DNA from: a virus
DNA: 40,689 bases
Virus record (IMG/VR): IMGVR_UViG_3300027111_000004
Coordinates: 1 to 40,689 of that record
Strand: one strand, 5' to 3'
Under the pieces are notes generated by a model. That model searched no databases. It was given only the letters and a program-made list of their open reading frames with translations, and was not told the origin of the DNA. The translations under genes were made by a program, and so were the position numbers. Shown here piece after piece: positions 1 to 8,289 of this stretch; the stretch's first letter is position 1; the number at the start of each line of letters is the position of its first letter.

Positions 1-127
1 AGTGATGACAGCGCGATCATCACCTTGAAGGGGGCCGCCGAGTTCGGCGGCATCAAGGTCGACAAGCTGACCATGCGAGCGCCGACGGTACGTGACACGC
101 GTGCCGCAACTGCCACGGCAAAGGGTG
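1..127. repeat. Terminal overlap: bases 1-127 are identical to 40563-40689 (closure of a 40,562-bp circular or terminally redundant unit)
   Basis: Read directly: AGTGATGACAGCGCGATCATCACC...GCCACGGCAAAGGGTG occurs at both window ends. An ORF runs through the junction. Confidence 0.95.
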
Positions 128-264
128 ATTACGAGCAGATCGAAATCAACATTCTGTGCAGCCTGCTCGGTGCGACCGAAAAGGAAATTGCTGCCCTGAC
201 TCAGCGGAACTACAACCGCTTGCAGGCTGGCTATTTTCGCCTGGTCGAAGAGGACGAGCTTTAA
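1..264 (+). CDS. Tail assembly chaperone, P2 gpE-like (3' part; the ORF starts at ATG 40515 and crosses the junction; 103 aa in total)
   Basis: Frame 1 is open from base 1 (SDDSAIITLKGAAEFGG...) and continues in frame from ATG 40515. It lies between the tube gene and the tape measure gene, as in P2 (FII-E-T). Confidence 0.8.
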   Translation, partial: SDDSAIITLKGAAEFGGIKVDKLTMRAPTVRDTRAATATAKGDYEQIEINILCSLLGATEKEIAALTQRNYNRLQAGYFRLVEEDEL

Positions 265-376
265 CACCGAGACCCAACGGGTAGCGGCCAAGACCTTGGC
301 GAGAGAGACGGGTTTCTCTGCCGCCGAGATTGAGGCCATGCCCTTTGACCGGATGCTGTGGTGGCTCAGGGATTGA
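200..376 (+). CDS. E' extension frame of the tail chaperone (frameshift product gpE+E', about 140 aa). This is the +1 frame relative to gpE.
   Basis: The +1 frame is open 200-373 and encodes ...LARETGFSAAEIEAMPFDRMLWWLRD*, which resembles the conserved P2 GpE/E' C-terminal motif. The -1 frame hits TAG at 280-282. Candidate shift site is TAT-TTT-CGC at 232-240. Confidence 0.55.
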   Translation, partial: LSGTTTACRLAIFAWSKRTSFNTETQRVAAKTLARETGFSAAEIEAMPFDRMLWWLRD

Positions 377-410
377 GCCGCTTTTAACTCGGCGAACATA
401 GGGCACGCAC

Positions 411-3134
411 ATGAGCAAGAAACTAGCGCTCGGTCTGGTGATTGGCGGGGCTGTCAGTTCGACGCTGGGAGCGGCGTTCAAGGACGCCACCGGCCGAATC
501 AAGAAGCTGGAAGAGACCGGCAAAAAGGCCCGGGTTCTCGAAAAGACCATTGGCGAAACCATGCGTCTGCAAGCCGAGTTTCGAAAGGCTCACATGGCCG
601 GCGAGAAGGGTGCCGAGGATCTGCGCAAGAAGCTGGAAGCCAACTTGGCCGCGCTGAAAAAGCAGGGCGTTGAGGTTCGCAACCTCGGCAAGGCCTATAC
701 ACAAATGGGCAAGATTGCGCAGGGCGCCGAGCTGAAGGCCAAAGGGCACATGCAGCTCGACGAAGGCAAGCAGCAGATGCGCAGCAGTATCGGGCAGGCA
801 ACGGCCGCCACGGCGTTGATGGCCATTCCCACAAAGATCAGCGCGGACTACGGCGCGATCATTCGTGACATTGCGATCAAGTCCAACATTGCCAACACGC
901 CCGAAGAGGCGAAGCTGTCCAAGACTGTGATCGACACGTCGCGCGATACCGGCATGGCGCGCAATCAGGTGGCCGAAGTGGTCAACGCCCTGGTAGGCGC
1001 TGGCATGGAACTGGACAAGGCGCTGGCCTACGCACCGACAGCGGCCAAGTTCTCTGTTGGGCAGGGTTCGGACGGCACCGAAACCGCCAAAATGATCAAT
1101 GCCCTGGGGCAAAACGCCAAGATCACCGATCCCGCAATGATGCAAAAGGCGCTTGAGGCGATCGCCTATCAAGGGCAGGCGGGCAGCTTTGAAGCGGCCG
1201 ACATGGCGCGCTGGTTCCCGGAACTGCTCGCGGGTATGGGCAAGCTGGGCATTACCGGCATGGACTCGGTGACGCAACTGGGTTCGATGCTTCAGGTGCA
1301 GATGAAGACGGCTGGCGGTTCCGACGAGGCGGCAAACAACCTCAAGAACTGGATGGAAAAGATCGGTTCCGGTGACACGGTGAAGGCCTACGAAAAGGCC
1401 GGTATCGATTATCAGGCTTCGATGAATACCGGGCTGCAAAATGGCAAGTCCACCTTGGAATCCAGCTTTGCGCTGGCCCAAAAATACATTGAGGCGACCG
1501 ACCCCAAGAAGGCCGCCGAAATGGCCAAGGCGACGGCCGCAATCAGTAAGGAATCGGACCCCGAGAAAGCCAAGGCCATGATCGCCTCGCTGGAATCGGC
1601 ATTGCGTACCGGCGACCTGTTTGCAGATATGCAGGTCAAGGGCGCCTTGACTGCGTACATGCAGAACAAGGACCTGTACGACAAGCTTAAAAAGGAGTCG
1701 GCCAGCGCGACCGGGATTCTGGATAAGAACCTGGAAGAACGCCGCCAATCTTCGGCGCAGAAACAGTCGGAAATGGTGCAGAGCCTCGACGACTCGATGC
1801 GCGCGATCGGCGACGCCATGCGCCCGGTGACGGACGCCGTGGTAGACGGGATCGGTTCTGTCGCGCGCGGGCTGGCCAAGCTGTCCGACGAGTCGCCGCG
1901 ACTGGTGTCCGCGATCGGGCTGGCCACTGCCGGCATCCTTGGCCTGTCGACGGCCATGAGCGGCCTCAAGATGGCCAAAGGGCTGATGAACATCGGCCGT
2001 GGCTCGCTGATGGGTAACCCGAACATCCCGCAAAAGGTGATTGTGACCAACCTGCCGGCAGGCGGTGCGGGTGGTGGGCTGGACGGCGGCGACGTCGATG
2101 CCGGCGACGGCAAAAAGGACAAGGGCGGCAAGGGGAAAGGCAAGGGCGGCGGTCGCGGTTTCGGCCGTGGCATTGGCATCGGATCAGCGGTCAAAGGCAC
2201 GGCGGTTCTCGCGGTGGCTGACGCTGGTTTCAAGGCCTATGACACCTATCAGAACGCCGAGACTCAGGACGAGAAAGCCGAGGGCTACGGCTCAGCGGCC
2301 GGCGGTTTGGCGGGCACCCTCGCCGGTGCGGCGGCCGGTGCTGCGATCGGCTCGGTGGTGCCTGTGATCGGTACGGCGATCGGCGCCTTGATCGGCGGCG
2401 TGCTGGGTAACATGGGCGGCGACTCCCTGGGTGGCTTTGTCGGCAAATCGCTGTTCGGTGCCGATGACGCGGCGAAGAAAATGCCGGACGCCGGGCCGTT
2501 GATGATGGCCAACGCCGGCAAGGACATTGCGCCGGTGATGGGCGATATCGCCAAGTCATTCGCCAAGCCGGCCGCGCCGTTGATGATGGCGGCCCCCTCG
2601 ATCGCGCCAGTGGGTGCGCCGGCGGCGAAGGAGTCGGCAAAGGTTGGCGATGTTGGCCGGACGGTGCTGCGCTCTGATGCCGCCGCAGACGGCAAGGCGG
2701 TGCCGATGGCTAAGCCGGTGCCTACAGCGCCGCCGGCAGGTGAGGCGGCCAAGGTTGGCGATGTTGGCCGAACGATGCTGCGCCCTGATGCCGGCGCAGG
2801 CGACAAGACGGTGCCGATGGCTAAGCCAGCGCCTACAGCGCCGCCGGCAGGTGAGGCGCCAAAGCCCGGCGACGTGGCCCGCTCGATGATGCTGCCCGAG
2901 GCCAGTGCCGACGCCAAGCTGGGACCGTTGGCCAAGGCCGCGCCGGCCAGAGCGCCGGCGCCAAAGGTCGAGTCTAACGTGGCGATCAACGCGCCGTTCT
3001 CGCTGACGGTCAACGGTGACGTCAAGGACGGCAATCAACTGTTCGCGCAGATCAAGCCGCAGCTCGATCAGTATTACCGCGAGATGGCCAAGCAGCAGGA
3101 AAGCCGCAATCTGTTCGATGCGCCGCACGTGTGA
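411..3134 (+). CDS. Tail tape measure protein (907 aa)
   Basis: Very long Ala/Lys/Gln-rich helical protein directly after the E/E' pair. It has a Gly-rich segment (GGKGKGKGGGRGFGRG) and a glycine-zipper hydrophobic segment (AAGAAIGSVVPVIGTAIGALIGGVLG). Confidence 0.9.
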   Translation: MSKKLALGLVIGGAVSSTLGAAFKDATGRIKKLEETGKKARVLEKTIGETMRLQAEFRKAHMAGEKGAEDLRKKLEANLAALKKQGVEVRNLGKAYTQMGKIAQGAELKAKGHMQLDEGKQQMRSSIGQATAATALMAIPTKISADYGAIIRDIAIKSNIANTPEEAKLSKTVIDTSRDTGMARNQVAEVVNALVGAGMELDKALAYAPTAAKFSVGQGSDGTETAKMINALGQNAKITDPAMMQKALEAIAYQGQAGSFEAADMARWFPELLAGMGKLGITGMDSVTQLGSMLQVQMKTAGGSDEAANNLKNWMEKIGSGDTVKAYEKAGIDYQASMNTGLQNGKSTLESSFALAQKYIEATDPKKAAEMAKATAAISKESDPEKAKAMIASLESALRTGDLFADMQVKGALTAYMQNKDLYDKLKKESASATGILDKNLEERRQSSAQKQSEMVQSLDDSMRAIGDAMRPVTDAVVDGIGSVARGLAKLSDESPRLVSAIGLATAGILGLSTAMSGLKMAKGLMNIGRGSLMGNPNIPQKVIVTNLPAGGAGGGLDGGDVDAGDGKKDKGGKGKGKGGGRGFGRGIGIGSAVKGTAVLAVADAGFKAYDTYQNAETQDEKAEGYGSAAGGLAGTLAGAAAGAAIGSVVPVIGTAIGALIGGVLGNMGGDSLGGFVGKSLFGADDAAKKMPDAGPLMMANAGKDIAPVMGDIAKSFAKPAAPLMMAAPSIAPVGAPAAKESAKVGDVGRTVLRSDAAADGKAVPMAKPVPTAPPAGEAAKVGDVGRTMLRPDAGAGDKTVPMAKPAPTAPPAGEAPKPGDVARSMMLPEASADAKLGPLAKAAPARAPAPKVESNVAINAPFSLTVNGDVKDGNQLFAQIKPQLDQYYREMAKQQESRNLFDAPHV
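2640..2960 (+). repeat. In-frame 111-bp (37-aa) tandem repeat inside the tape measure gene: two near-identical copies plus a degenerate third
   Basis: Copies at 2640-2750 and 2751-2861 both start AAGGTTGGCGATGTTGGCCG (KVGDVGRT.LR.DA...PMAKP.PTAPPAGEA). The third, from 2862, reads KPGDVARSMMLPEASADAKLGPLAKAAP. Confidence 0.9.
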
Positions 3135-3146
3135 TCAGGGGGAATT

Positions 3147-3992
3147 ATGGAAGCATTGGGGCAGTTGCAGTCGGGGATTAAATACTTGGCCTCGGCCGGG
3201 GAGACGGGCCGGCGCAGCCTTGACGGCATGATGGCGCCGGTTAATGGCGCGATCGGGGAAATCACCGGCGCCGCGTCCGAGCTGGAGGGCTTGCCCTTTG
3301 TCGGTCCGGCGATCGGGGCCAAGCTTCAGCGCGCCATGCGCGGGATCAATGCCGCCCAGGCGCAAGTCGGGCGGGTGGTGTCGATGTACGGCACAGCCAC
3401 GCGCGCGGTGGCGCAGATCGACGAGCGGCTGGGGGTGCTGAAGGAACAGGCCGGCCGCGCAGCCACGGCGATCAACAAGATCGCCGGCAAGGCCAGCCCG
3501 GCGTTGGCTAACATCGTGCCCACCGGTGCCTTTGCCACGGATCAGACGCCGGCGCCGGAAGCGGTGAAGCCGTTCCCGCACTTGCTGATCATTCAGCCGC
3601 AGGACCCGAAGGCGCCGCAGTACACGTTCAACCTCGACACCGCTGCGTTTGACGAGCTGCGCCGCTCGACCGAATTCCGTTGGGCCTCGCAAGAGCGCTT
3701 GGGGCGGCGGCCGGCGCAGCAGGGCGTGGGCATGGGCGACGAGAAAATCACGCTCAAGGGGGTGATCTTCCCGGGCTTCAAGGGTGGCTTAAAGCAGCTC
3801 GACACGCTGCGCACGCTGGGCGCCCAGCTTCAGCCGCTGACCTTGACCACCGGCTATGGCGACGTGCTGGGAACGTGGTGCCTCAAAAGCGTCGACGAGG
3901 AGCAAAGCTCGCTGATGGCCGGCGGCATTCCGCGCAAACAGGCCTTTACCTTGGAGTTTGTCCGCTATGGCGACGACATGCAGAACGTCTGA
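3147..3992 (+). CDS. Tail protein, P2 gpU-like C-terminal domain with an extra ~130-aa N-terminal extension
   Basis: The C-terminal half (FRWASQERLGRRPAQQGVGMGDEKITLKGVIFPGFKGG...GYGDVLGTWCLKSVDEEQS...FTLEFVRYG) fits the gpU pattern. It sits directly after the tape measure gene. Confidence 0.7.
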   Translation: MEALGQLQSGIKYLASAGETGRRSLDGMMAPVNGAIGEITGAASELEGLPFVGPAIGAKLQRAMRGINAAQAQVGRVVSMYGTATRAVAQIDERLGVLKEQAGRAATAINKIAGKASPALANIVPTGAFATDQTPAPEAVKPFPHLLIIQPQDPKAPQYTFNLDTAAFDELRRSTEFRWASQERLGRRPAQQGVGMGDEKITLKGVIFPGFKGGLKQLDTLRTLGAQLQPLTLTTGYGDVLGTWCLKSVDEEQSSLMAGGIPRKQAFTLEFVRYGDDMQNV

Positions 3993-4173
3993 CGGGGATC
4001 TGCTCGATACCATCTGTCACAACTTCTACGGGCACTTGAATGGCAGCGTCGAGGCGGTGCTGGGCGCCAATCAAGGGTTGGCCGACGAGGAACAGCCCTA
4101 CCGCGCCGGCGTGGTGATCGTGCTGCCGGATCTGCCGCACCCAGTCACCGAGGCCGTGACCTTGTGGGACTGA
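3967..4173 (+). CDS. Tail protein X (P2 gpX-like, LysM-like)
   Basis: MATTCRTSDGDLLDTICHNFYG...VEAVLGANQGLADEEQPYRAGVVIVLPDL matches the gpX pattern (GDTLD...VL.AN.GLA...LP.G..I.LP). ATG 3967 overlaps the end of the upstream gene. Confidence 0.7.
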   Translation: MATTCRTSDGDLLDTICHNFYGHLNGSVEAVLGANQGLADEEQPYRAGVVIVLPDLPHPVTEAVTLWD

Positions 4174-4204
4174 CCCCGTCCGGACACGCCGCCGGCGTCC
4201 GCTC

Positions 4205-4220
4205 GCGTTACGCGTAACGC
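4205..4220. repeat. Dispersed palindrome copy (CGTTAC-N1-2-GTAACG family)
   Basis: GCGTTACGCGTAACGC is a perfect 16-bp palindrome. It is intergenic (gpX/gpD), 12 bp upstream of a terminator hairpin. Confidence 0.9.
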
Positions 4221-4231
4221 TTCAATCCTTG

Positions 4232-4256
4232 GCCCGCCCTGTGCGGGCTTTCTTTT
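4232..4256 (+). terminator. Rho-independent terminator-like hairpin
   Basis: GCCCGC-cctgt-GCGGGC followed by TTTCTTTT. Confidence 0.6.
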
Positions 4257-4267
4257 GGAAAAAATCC

Positions 4268-5317
4268 ATGACCCCCCGATTCCGCATTGTTGCCGATGGC
4301 AACGACATCACGGCGCTGCTGAACGATCGCCTGATTCAGTTGAGTGTCACCGACAAAGTCGGGATGGAGTCCGACGAATTCGAGCTGCGTATTGATGACC
4401 GTGACGGGCTGGTGGTACTGCCTTCCCGGGGCGCGGGGATCGAGGTCTACCTGGGCTATCTGGAGACGTCGCTGGCCCGGTTGGGCCGCTATGTGGTTGA
4501 TGAAATCACGGTATCCGGTCCGCCGGATACGATCGTGATCACGGGCAAGGCCAGCGACATGCGCGGCAGCGGCAAAACCATTCGCAGCGGTAGTTGGGAA
4601 AACGTGCCGTTGTCCAAGATCGTCGCCGACGTCGCTGCCCGCAACGGCTGGGCGCCGGTGTGTCCGGTCAACACGAAAGTAGTGCGTGCCGATCAGCTCA
4701 GCGAGTCCGATTTTAATTTCATCACGCGGCTGGCCAAGCAGTACGACTGCACGGCCAAGGTCGCCGACGGCAAGCTGTTGGTGATGCCGCGTCAGGGCGG
4801 GCAGAGTGCGAGCGGCAAGGCCTTTGCGCCGATCGTGATCACGCGTGAAGACGTCAGCCGCTGGCAGTTCCACCTTGGCGATCGCAGCACCCACAAGGCG
4901 GTCGGGGCCAAGCATCAGGACAAGAAGACCGGCAAGCTTGCCGTGGTGTCGCTGGAGAACGACGACGCCCCGGACGGCCTGCCGGCGGTGCATACCGATC
5001 GCCATATTCACCCGAACAAGACAGCAGCCGAGGCGGCGGCGAAAGCCCGCTTGGCTGCGTTCAACCGGTCCACCGCCGGCGTGCGGCTGGAAATGGCCGG
5101 GCGTACAGATCTGTTTGCCGAACGATCGATCATCGCCCAGGGCTTCAAGGTTGGACTTGATGGCGAGTATCTGGCCGAGTCGGTGCAGCAGACCTACACC
5201 CAAGCCGGTTGGACCACCGTTGTCGAGTGCAACGGCGGCAAGAATGGCAAGGCCAAAGCCAAAGGCAAGAAGGGCAAAAAGCCCGCCAAGCCGGTCAAGG
5301 TCGTGAGCCTCAAATAG
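4268..5317 (+). CDS. Tail protein, P2 gpD-like (late control D family)
   Basis: MTPRFRIVADGNDITALLNDRLIQLSVTDKVGMESDEFELRIDDRDG is the typical gpD N-terminus. ATG 4268 follows the terminator. The C-terminus is a lysine-rich tail. Confidence 0.85.
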   Translation: MTPRFRIVADGNDITALLNDRLIQLSVTDKVGMESDEFELRIDDRDGLVVLPSRGAGIEVYLGYLETSLARLGRYVVDEITVSGPPDTIVITGKASDMRGSGKTIRSGSWENVPLSKIVADVAARNGWAPVCPVNTKVVRADQLSESDFNFITRLAKQYDCTAKVADGKLLVMPRQGGQSASGKAFAPIVITREDVSRWQFHLGDRSTHKAVGAKHQDKKTGKLAVVSLENDDAPDGLPAVHTDRHIHPNKTAAEAAAKARLAAFNRSTAGVRLEMAGRTDLFAERSIIAQGFKVGLDGEYLAESVQQTYTQAGWTTVVECNGGKNGKAKAKGKKGKKPAKPVKVVSLK

Positions 5318-5338
5318 CGCGAGAGCGCACCCCATCCC

Positions 5339-5359
5339 GCCGCCTTGAGCGGCTTTTTT
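5339..5359 (+). terminator. Weak terminator-like hairpin after gpD
   Basis: GCCGC-cttga-GCGGC followed by TTTTTT. The stem is only 5 bp. Confidence 0.4.
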
Positions 5360-5374
5360 GTGCCTGGAGTTTGT

Positions 5375-6034
5375 ATGCCGATCACTCAGCAGCAATTGCT
5401 GCAGATCCTCCCCAACGCCCGCCCAGTCGCGGGCGTTTTTGTGTCTGCGCTGGTCACGGCCATGGCGCGGTTTCGCATTACCTCGCCGGTGCGCGAGGCG
5501 GCGTTTGTCGCCCAGTGCGGGCACGAGTCGCAGCACCTGACCAAGTTGTCGGAAAGCCTCTACTACCGGGACGCCGAGCGCGTCGCGCGCTTGTTCAAGT
5601 CGGGGTTCGATGACAACCGTAACGGCCGAGCGGATCCGGCCGAGATCGAGGCCGCAAAGGCGTATCTGTGCAACTCGGAAAAGCTGGCCAACCGCGTCTA
5701 TGCCAATCGCATGGGCAACGGTCCCGAGGCCTCGGGCGATGGCTACCGCTATCGAGGGCGCGGCCTGATCCAGATCACCGGGCGCGACAACTACCGCCTG
5801 TGCGGTCAAGCGCTCGGCCTGCCGCTGCTCGATCGGCCCGAGCTGCTGGAGCAGCCGGACTATGCCGCGCTGTCGGCGGCCTGGTACTGGTGGGATCGAG
5901 GTCTTAACGATCTGGCCGACGCCGGCCTGTTCGACGGCATCAGCCGGAAAATCAACGGGGGCGACGTCGGTCTGGCCGATCGCCGCGAGCTATGGGCCAA
6001 GGCCAAGGCGGTGCTATGTCAATCCTCGATCTGA
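5375..6034 (+). CDS. Endolysin, glycoside hydrolase family 19 (chitinase-like) type
   Basis: Motifs AAFVAQCGHESQ, LANRVYANRMGNG and YRGRGLIQITGRDNY. GGAG RBS lies before ATG 5375. Confidence 0.85.
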   Translation: MPITQQQLLQILPNARPVAGVFVSALVTAMARFRITSPVREAAFVAQCGHESQHLTKLSESLYYRDAERVARLFKSGFDDNRNGRADPAEIEAAKAYLCNSEKLANRVYANRMGNGPEASGDGYRYRGRGLIQITGRDNYRLCGQALGLPLLDRPELLEQPDYAALSAAWYWWDRGLNDLADAGLFDGISRKINGGDVGLADRRELWAKAKAVLCQSSI

Positions 6035-6564
6035 TCCCGGCACCGGTGCGACCCTGGGCGATCGCCCTGGTACTGCTGTCGATCGCCGGCGCCGGAGCTG
6101 CCGGCAGTTGGGCGATACAGGACTGGCGTTACGGTAACGCGCTAGCCGAGCAGGCCCGCCAGTCCGCCGACGTGGCCCGGGCGGCCGCCGAGGCGACGGT
6201 GGGCGCGTTGGTGATCGAGCAGGACAAGCGCCTGGCGCTGGAGCAGCGCCTGAAAGACAACGACCAAACCCATTACAAGGATCTATCCGATGCGCAAACA
6301 GCTCAGCAACGCCTGTCTGATCGCCTTGCCACTGCTGATGTCCGGCTGTCAGTCCTACTCAACGCCGGCAGCGCTGCCGGCCGTTGTGACGGGGTGTCAG
6401 CCCCTGCCAGCGCCGGCGGCGTGGTTCATGGCCCCGCAAGAGCCGAACTTGACCCAGCGCATGCTCGGCGAATTATCGGCATCACCGACGCCGGCGATCG
6501 CGGATTGATCGCCTTGCAGGCGTGCCAGGGTTACGTCAGGGCGTTGTCCGTCGGGCGCAATTAA
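6016..6564 (+). CDS. Rz: i-spanin (Rz-like)
   Basis: N-terminal TM segment (WAIALVLLSIAGAGAAGSWAI) followed by a coiled-coil-like region. It overlaps the endolysin stop and contains the nested lipoprotein ORF. Confidence 0.75.
   Translation: MSILDLIPAPVRPWAIALVLLSIAGAGAAGSWAIQDWRYGNALAEQARQSADVARAAAEATVGALVIEQDKRLALEQRLKDNDQTHYKDLSDAQTAQQRLSDRLATADVRLSVLLNAGSAAGRCDGVSAPASAGGVVHGPARAELDPAHARRIIGITDAGDRGLIALQACQGYVRALSVGRN
6126..6140. repeat. Dispersed palindrome copy
   Basis: GCGTTAC-G-GTAACGC with 7-bp arms. It lies inside the i-spanin gene (codons W-R-Y-G-N-A). Confidence 0.9.
6290..6508 (+). CDS. Rz1: o-spanin (Rz1-like lipoprotein), fully nested in the +1 frame of the i-spanin gene
   Basis: Signal peptide with lipobox (MRKQLSNACLIALPLLMSG-C) and a Pro-rich mature part. 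This is the classic embedded Rz/Rz1 arrangement. Confidence 0.8.
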   Translation: MRKQLSNACLIALPLLMSGCQSYSTPAALPAVVTGCQPLPAPAAWFMAPQEPNLTQRMLGELSASPTPAIAD

Positions 6565-6671
6565 CTGGATAGGTATATCCGACAGAGGGATAGCTGCCCT
6601 TTGTCGCATGTCCGGTAGCATGCGCCCGATCGATAATCAAAACGCCACTACTGTTTATATATCCAGTATTA

Positions 6672-6693
6672 GGCGATTCTAGATAGAATCGCC
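6672..6693. promoter_or_regulatory. Operator-like inverted repeat upstream of ORF 6729
   Basis: GGCGATTCTA-ga-TAGAATCGCC: 10-bp perfect arms in an A/T-rich spacer, 36 bp before the ATG. Confidence 0.4.
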
Positions 6694-6728
6694 GCACTCG
6701 AACGACTGTTGTAGGAAGGAACCCCCCT

Positions 6729-6911
6729 ATGTCGGATACACCCTCTGTAAATCCTTTGATCAAAAGTGACCAAGCGTCTACTATCGACGCGATATATCAG
6801 TACCTTGCGTGGATGTGTCTTCAGAAAGGCAATGACCCGGAAGCGCATCCGGGCGAGTGGCTGCACCTGGAAACGGTGCGGTTGGCCGTTGCTTCGCTCA
6901 AGAATGTGTAA
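6729..6911 (+). CDS. Hypothetical 60-aa protein. It occupies the position that copB holds in IncFII replicons.
   Basis: AGGAAGGA RBS 8 nt before the ATG. It lies in a low-GC region between the lysis genes and repA. No motif recognised. Confidence 0.5.
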   Translation: MSDTPSVNPLIKSDQASTIDAIYQYLAWMCLQKGNDPEAHPGEWLHLETVRLAVASLKNV

Positions 6912-6920
6912 ATTTACACA
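6905..6920. promoter_or_regulatory. Perfect 16-bp palindrome built from the immunity-operator half-sites in reversed order
   Basis: TGTGTAAATTTACACA (GTGTAA-at-TTACAC). It overlaps the TAA stop of ORF 6729-6911. Confidence 0.45.
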
Positions 6921-7015
6921 AAATGTGGACGAGCAAAGGCGGGCGCGTTATTCTGAGCGCCGTCAGCCCCTTGGGGGCTAAGCAGTTAGAAGAATTAGAG
7001 AATTTCGGCAGGCTT

Positions 7016-7050
7016 AAAAAAGAAAACCCCCGACCTTGGCGGGACGGGGG
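7016..7050 (-). terminator. Strong hairpin terminator, best on the minus strand (bidirectional)
   Basis: CCCCCG-12 nt-CGGGGG. On the minus strand it is followed by TTTTCTTTTTT, on the plus strand by TTTCT. It lies in the leader region upstream of repA. Confidence 0.55.
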
Positions 7051-7257
7051 TTTCTGGTAATCAGCACAAATTGGCTTCAAACCGGGCAGGTAGAAGTCTA
7101 TTAGCTGATCACCGCATAAGCAAGCCCTAGCCATTAGGGATGTTTGGATGATCGGCGAAGCCTCAGCAGAAGGCCGCCCCGGCATTATGCGGGGGCGTAT
7201 AGATTTGCAGCCCCCGGCTCGCGTCCAGCGGCTGGCCTTGGCTGTTGGTGGCGCGCT

Positions 7258-8151
7258 ATGAAGCGGGTCAACCAGTTTTTGCCCAGCTCTGTTGAGGCTG
7301 CCGCATACGCCGGCCTTGATGCCATCCCGGATATCCTGACCAAACGCCCAAAACTTCCACCGCGTGACCGCACCGGTCAAAAGCGGCGCCTTACTGGCGT
7401 CACTGAAGATCAAGGCCGGATGTTCGGTGGCCTGTTCAAGAAGGCGATCGCCCGAGTTCACGAAGAGGCCGACAAGCGCGAGGGTAAATTCCTGCGCCGC
7501 TTCGACGATATCAACGACTCGCGCACGTATCAGCAGCGCTGGGACGCGCTCGCCGAGCTGATTGGCCCGCTGTGCGCGCGCCTGGATCTGGCTCAGATGG
7601 TGGTTGGCTGGATGGACAAGCATGGAAAAATGCACGTCAACCGTCAGCGCAAGTTGTGCGAGGACTCGGGCGTTCGCGAGTGGACGCTGTCGCGGCTGCT
7701 CAGCGACCTTGAGCGCGCCGGTTATGTGCGCCGCAAGTTCCGCCGGATCTTCTACAAGGGTAAAAAGTGGATCACCCGCGTCACGATTCACGTTCGCCGG
7801 CGGTTCTTTATCGATTTGGGGCTGGGCCATGAGCTGGCCGAGGCTCAAACCCGCAAGCGCGTAGAGCGTCGCACCGTCTTGGGCGTGGCGCAGGCGCGCA
7901 CTCGGCAATCCTTGGAAAAGGAAGCGGCCGAGGCCAAGGTGCGCAAAGACTCGCACGACGCCGCCCAGCGCGCCGTCCGGCAAAAGCAACACCAGCAGAA
8001 GCAGCTCGACAAGGTCGAGTATAAAAGAGCCTGGACGGCGGCCTGGGTGGCATTTGCCCAAGCCAATGCAGACCTTGGCCGGCTCCAGCTCTCCCAGGCA
8101 TTCGCCCGGGCGCACCCTCACTTCGCTATACATCCCGACTCGCTGCCCTAG
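7258..8151 (+). CDS. repA: Plasmid replication initiator, IncFII RepA-like (297 aa)
   Basis: The core KLCEDSGVREWTLSRLLSDLERAGYVRRKF...KWITRVTIHVRRRFFIDLGLGHELAEA parallels the R1/R100 RepA segment (LAIECGL...SITRATRAL.FLSELGLI...IPTDITFT.ALF..L.VS.E). The C-terminus is basic and Gln/Lys-rich. Confidence 0.7.
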   Translation: MKRVNQFLPSSVEAAAYAGLDAIPDILTKRPKLPPRDRTGQKRRLTGVTEDQGRMFGGLFKKAIARVHEEADKREGKFLRRFDDINDSRTYQQRWDALAELIGPLCARLDLAQMVVGWMDKHGKMHVNRQRKLCEDSGVREWTLSRLLSDLERAGYVRRKFRRIFYKGKKWITRVTIHVRRRFFIDLGLGHELAEAQTRKRVERRTVLGVAQARTRQSLEKEAAEAKVRKDSHDAAQRAVRQKQHQQKQLDKVEYKRAWTAAWVAFAQANADLGRLQLSQAFARAHPHFAIHPDSLP

Positions 8152-8289
8152 CGCACCTCTCCCCAGCACCGCCACCGGCGGTGCCTTCGCTCGCCTGCGC
8201 CCTGCCAGCGCCCTCTCGGGTGCCTTCGGCGACCTCACCCCCCTCGATTTGTCCTCTTTGGCACCCACATTTCCGACGAAATCGCCCCT

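Noticed and set aside
1-127. The terminal 127-bp repeat considered as an LTR, IS end or physical direct terminal repeat
   Set aside because: It lies inside a conserved tail gene and simply duplicates coding sequence. A cos-type terminase is encoded. The most economical reading is the overlap of a circularised assembly.
423-2033. 536-aa ORF on the minus strand opposite the tape measure gene (and the 273-aa ORF 1412-2233)
   Set aside because: Its Arg/His/Gly/Leu-rich low-complexity translation is typical of shadow ORFs in GC-rich DNA. It is fully antisense to a gene with clear function and gene-order support.
4208-5809. 533-aa minus-strand ORF spanning gpD and the endolysin
   Set aside because: It is a shadow ORF antisense to two well-supported genes. 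It has no RBS and a low-complexity Arg/Gly/Ala composition.
7144-7257. Upstream extensions suggested by the ORF track (7144 for repA, 24100 for the holin, 30108 for the protease-capsid gene, 38109 for the fibre chaperone, 28353 for gpW, 15000, 11946, 12813, 13731, 16186)
   Set aside because: The extensions overlap upstream genes, terminators or promoters and lack an RBS. In each case an internal ATG with an RBS or a stop/start overlap gives a product that matches the expected N-terminus.
6898-8268. 456-aa minus-strand ORF opposite repA
   Set aside because: It is antisense to the RepA-like gene and runs through the hairpin terminator and the A/T-rich leader. The translation has no recognisable motif.
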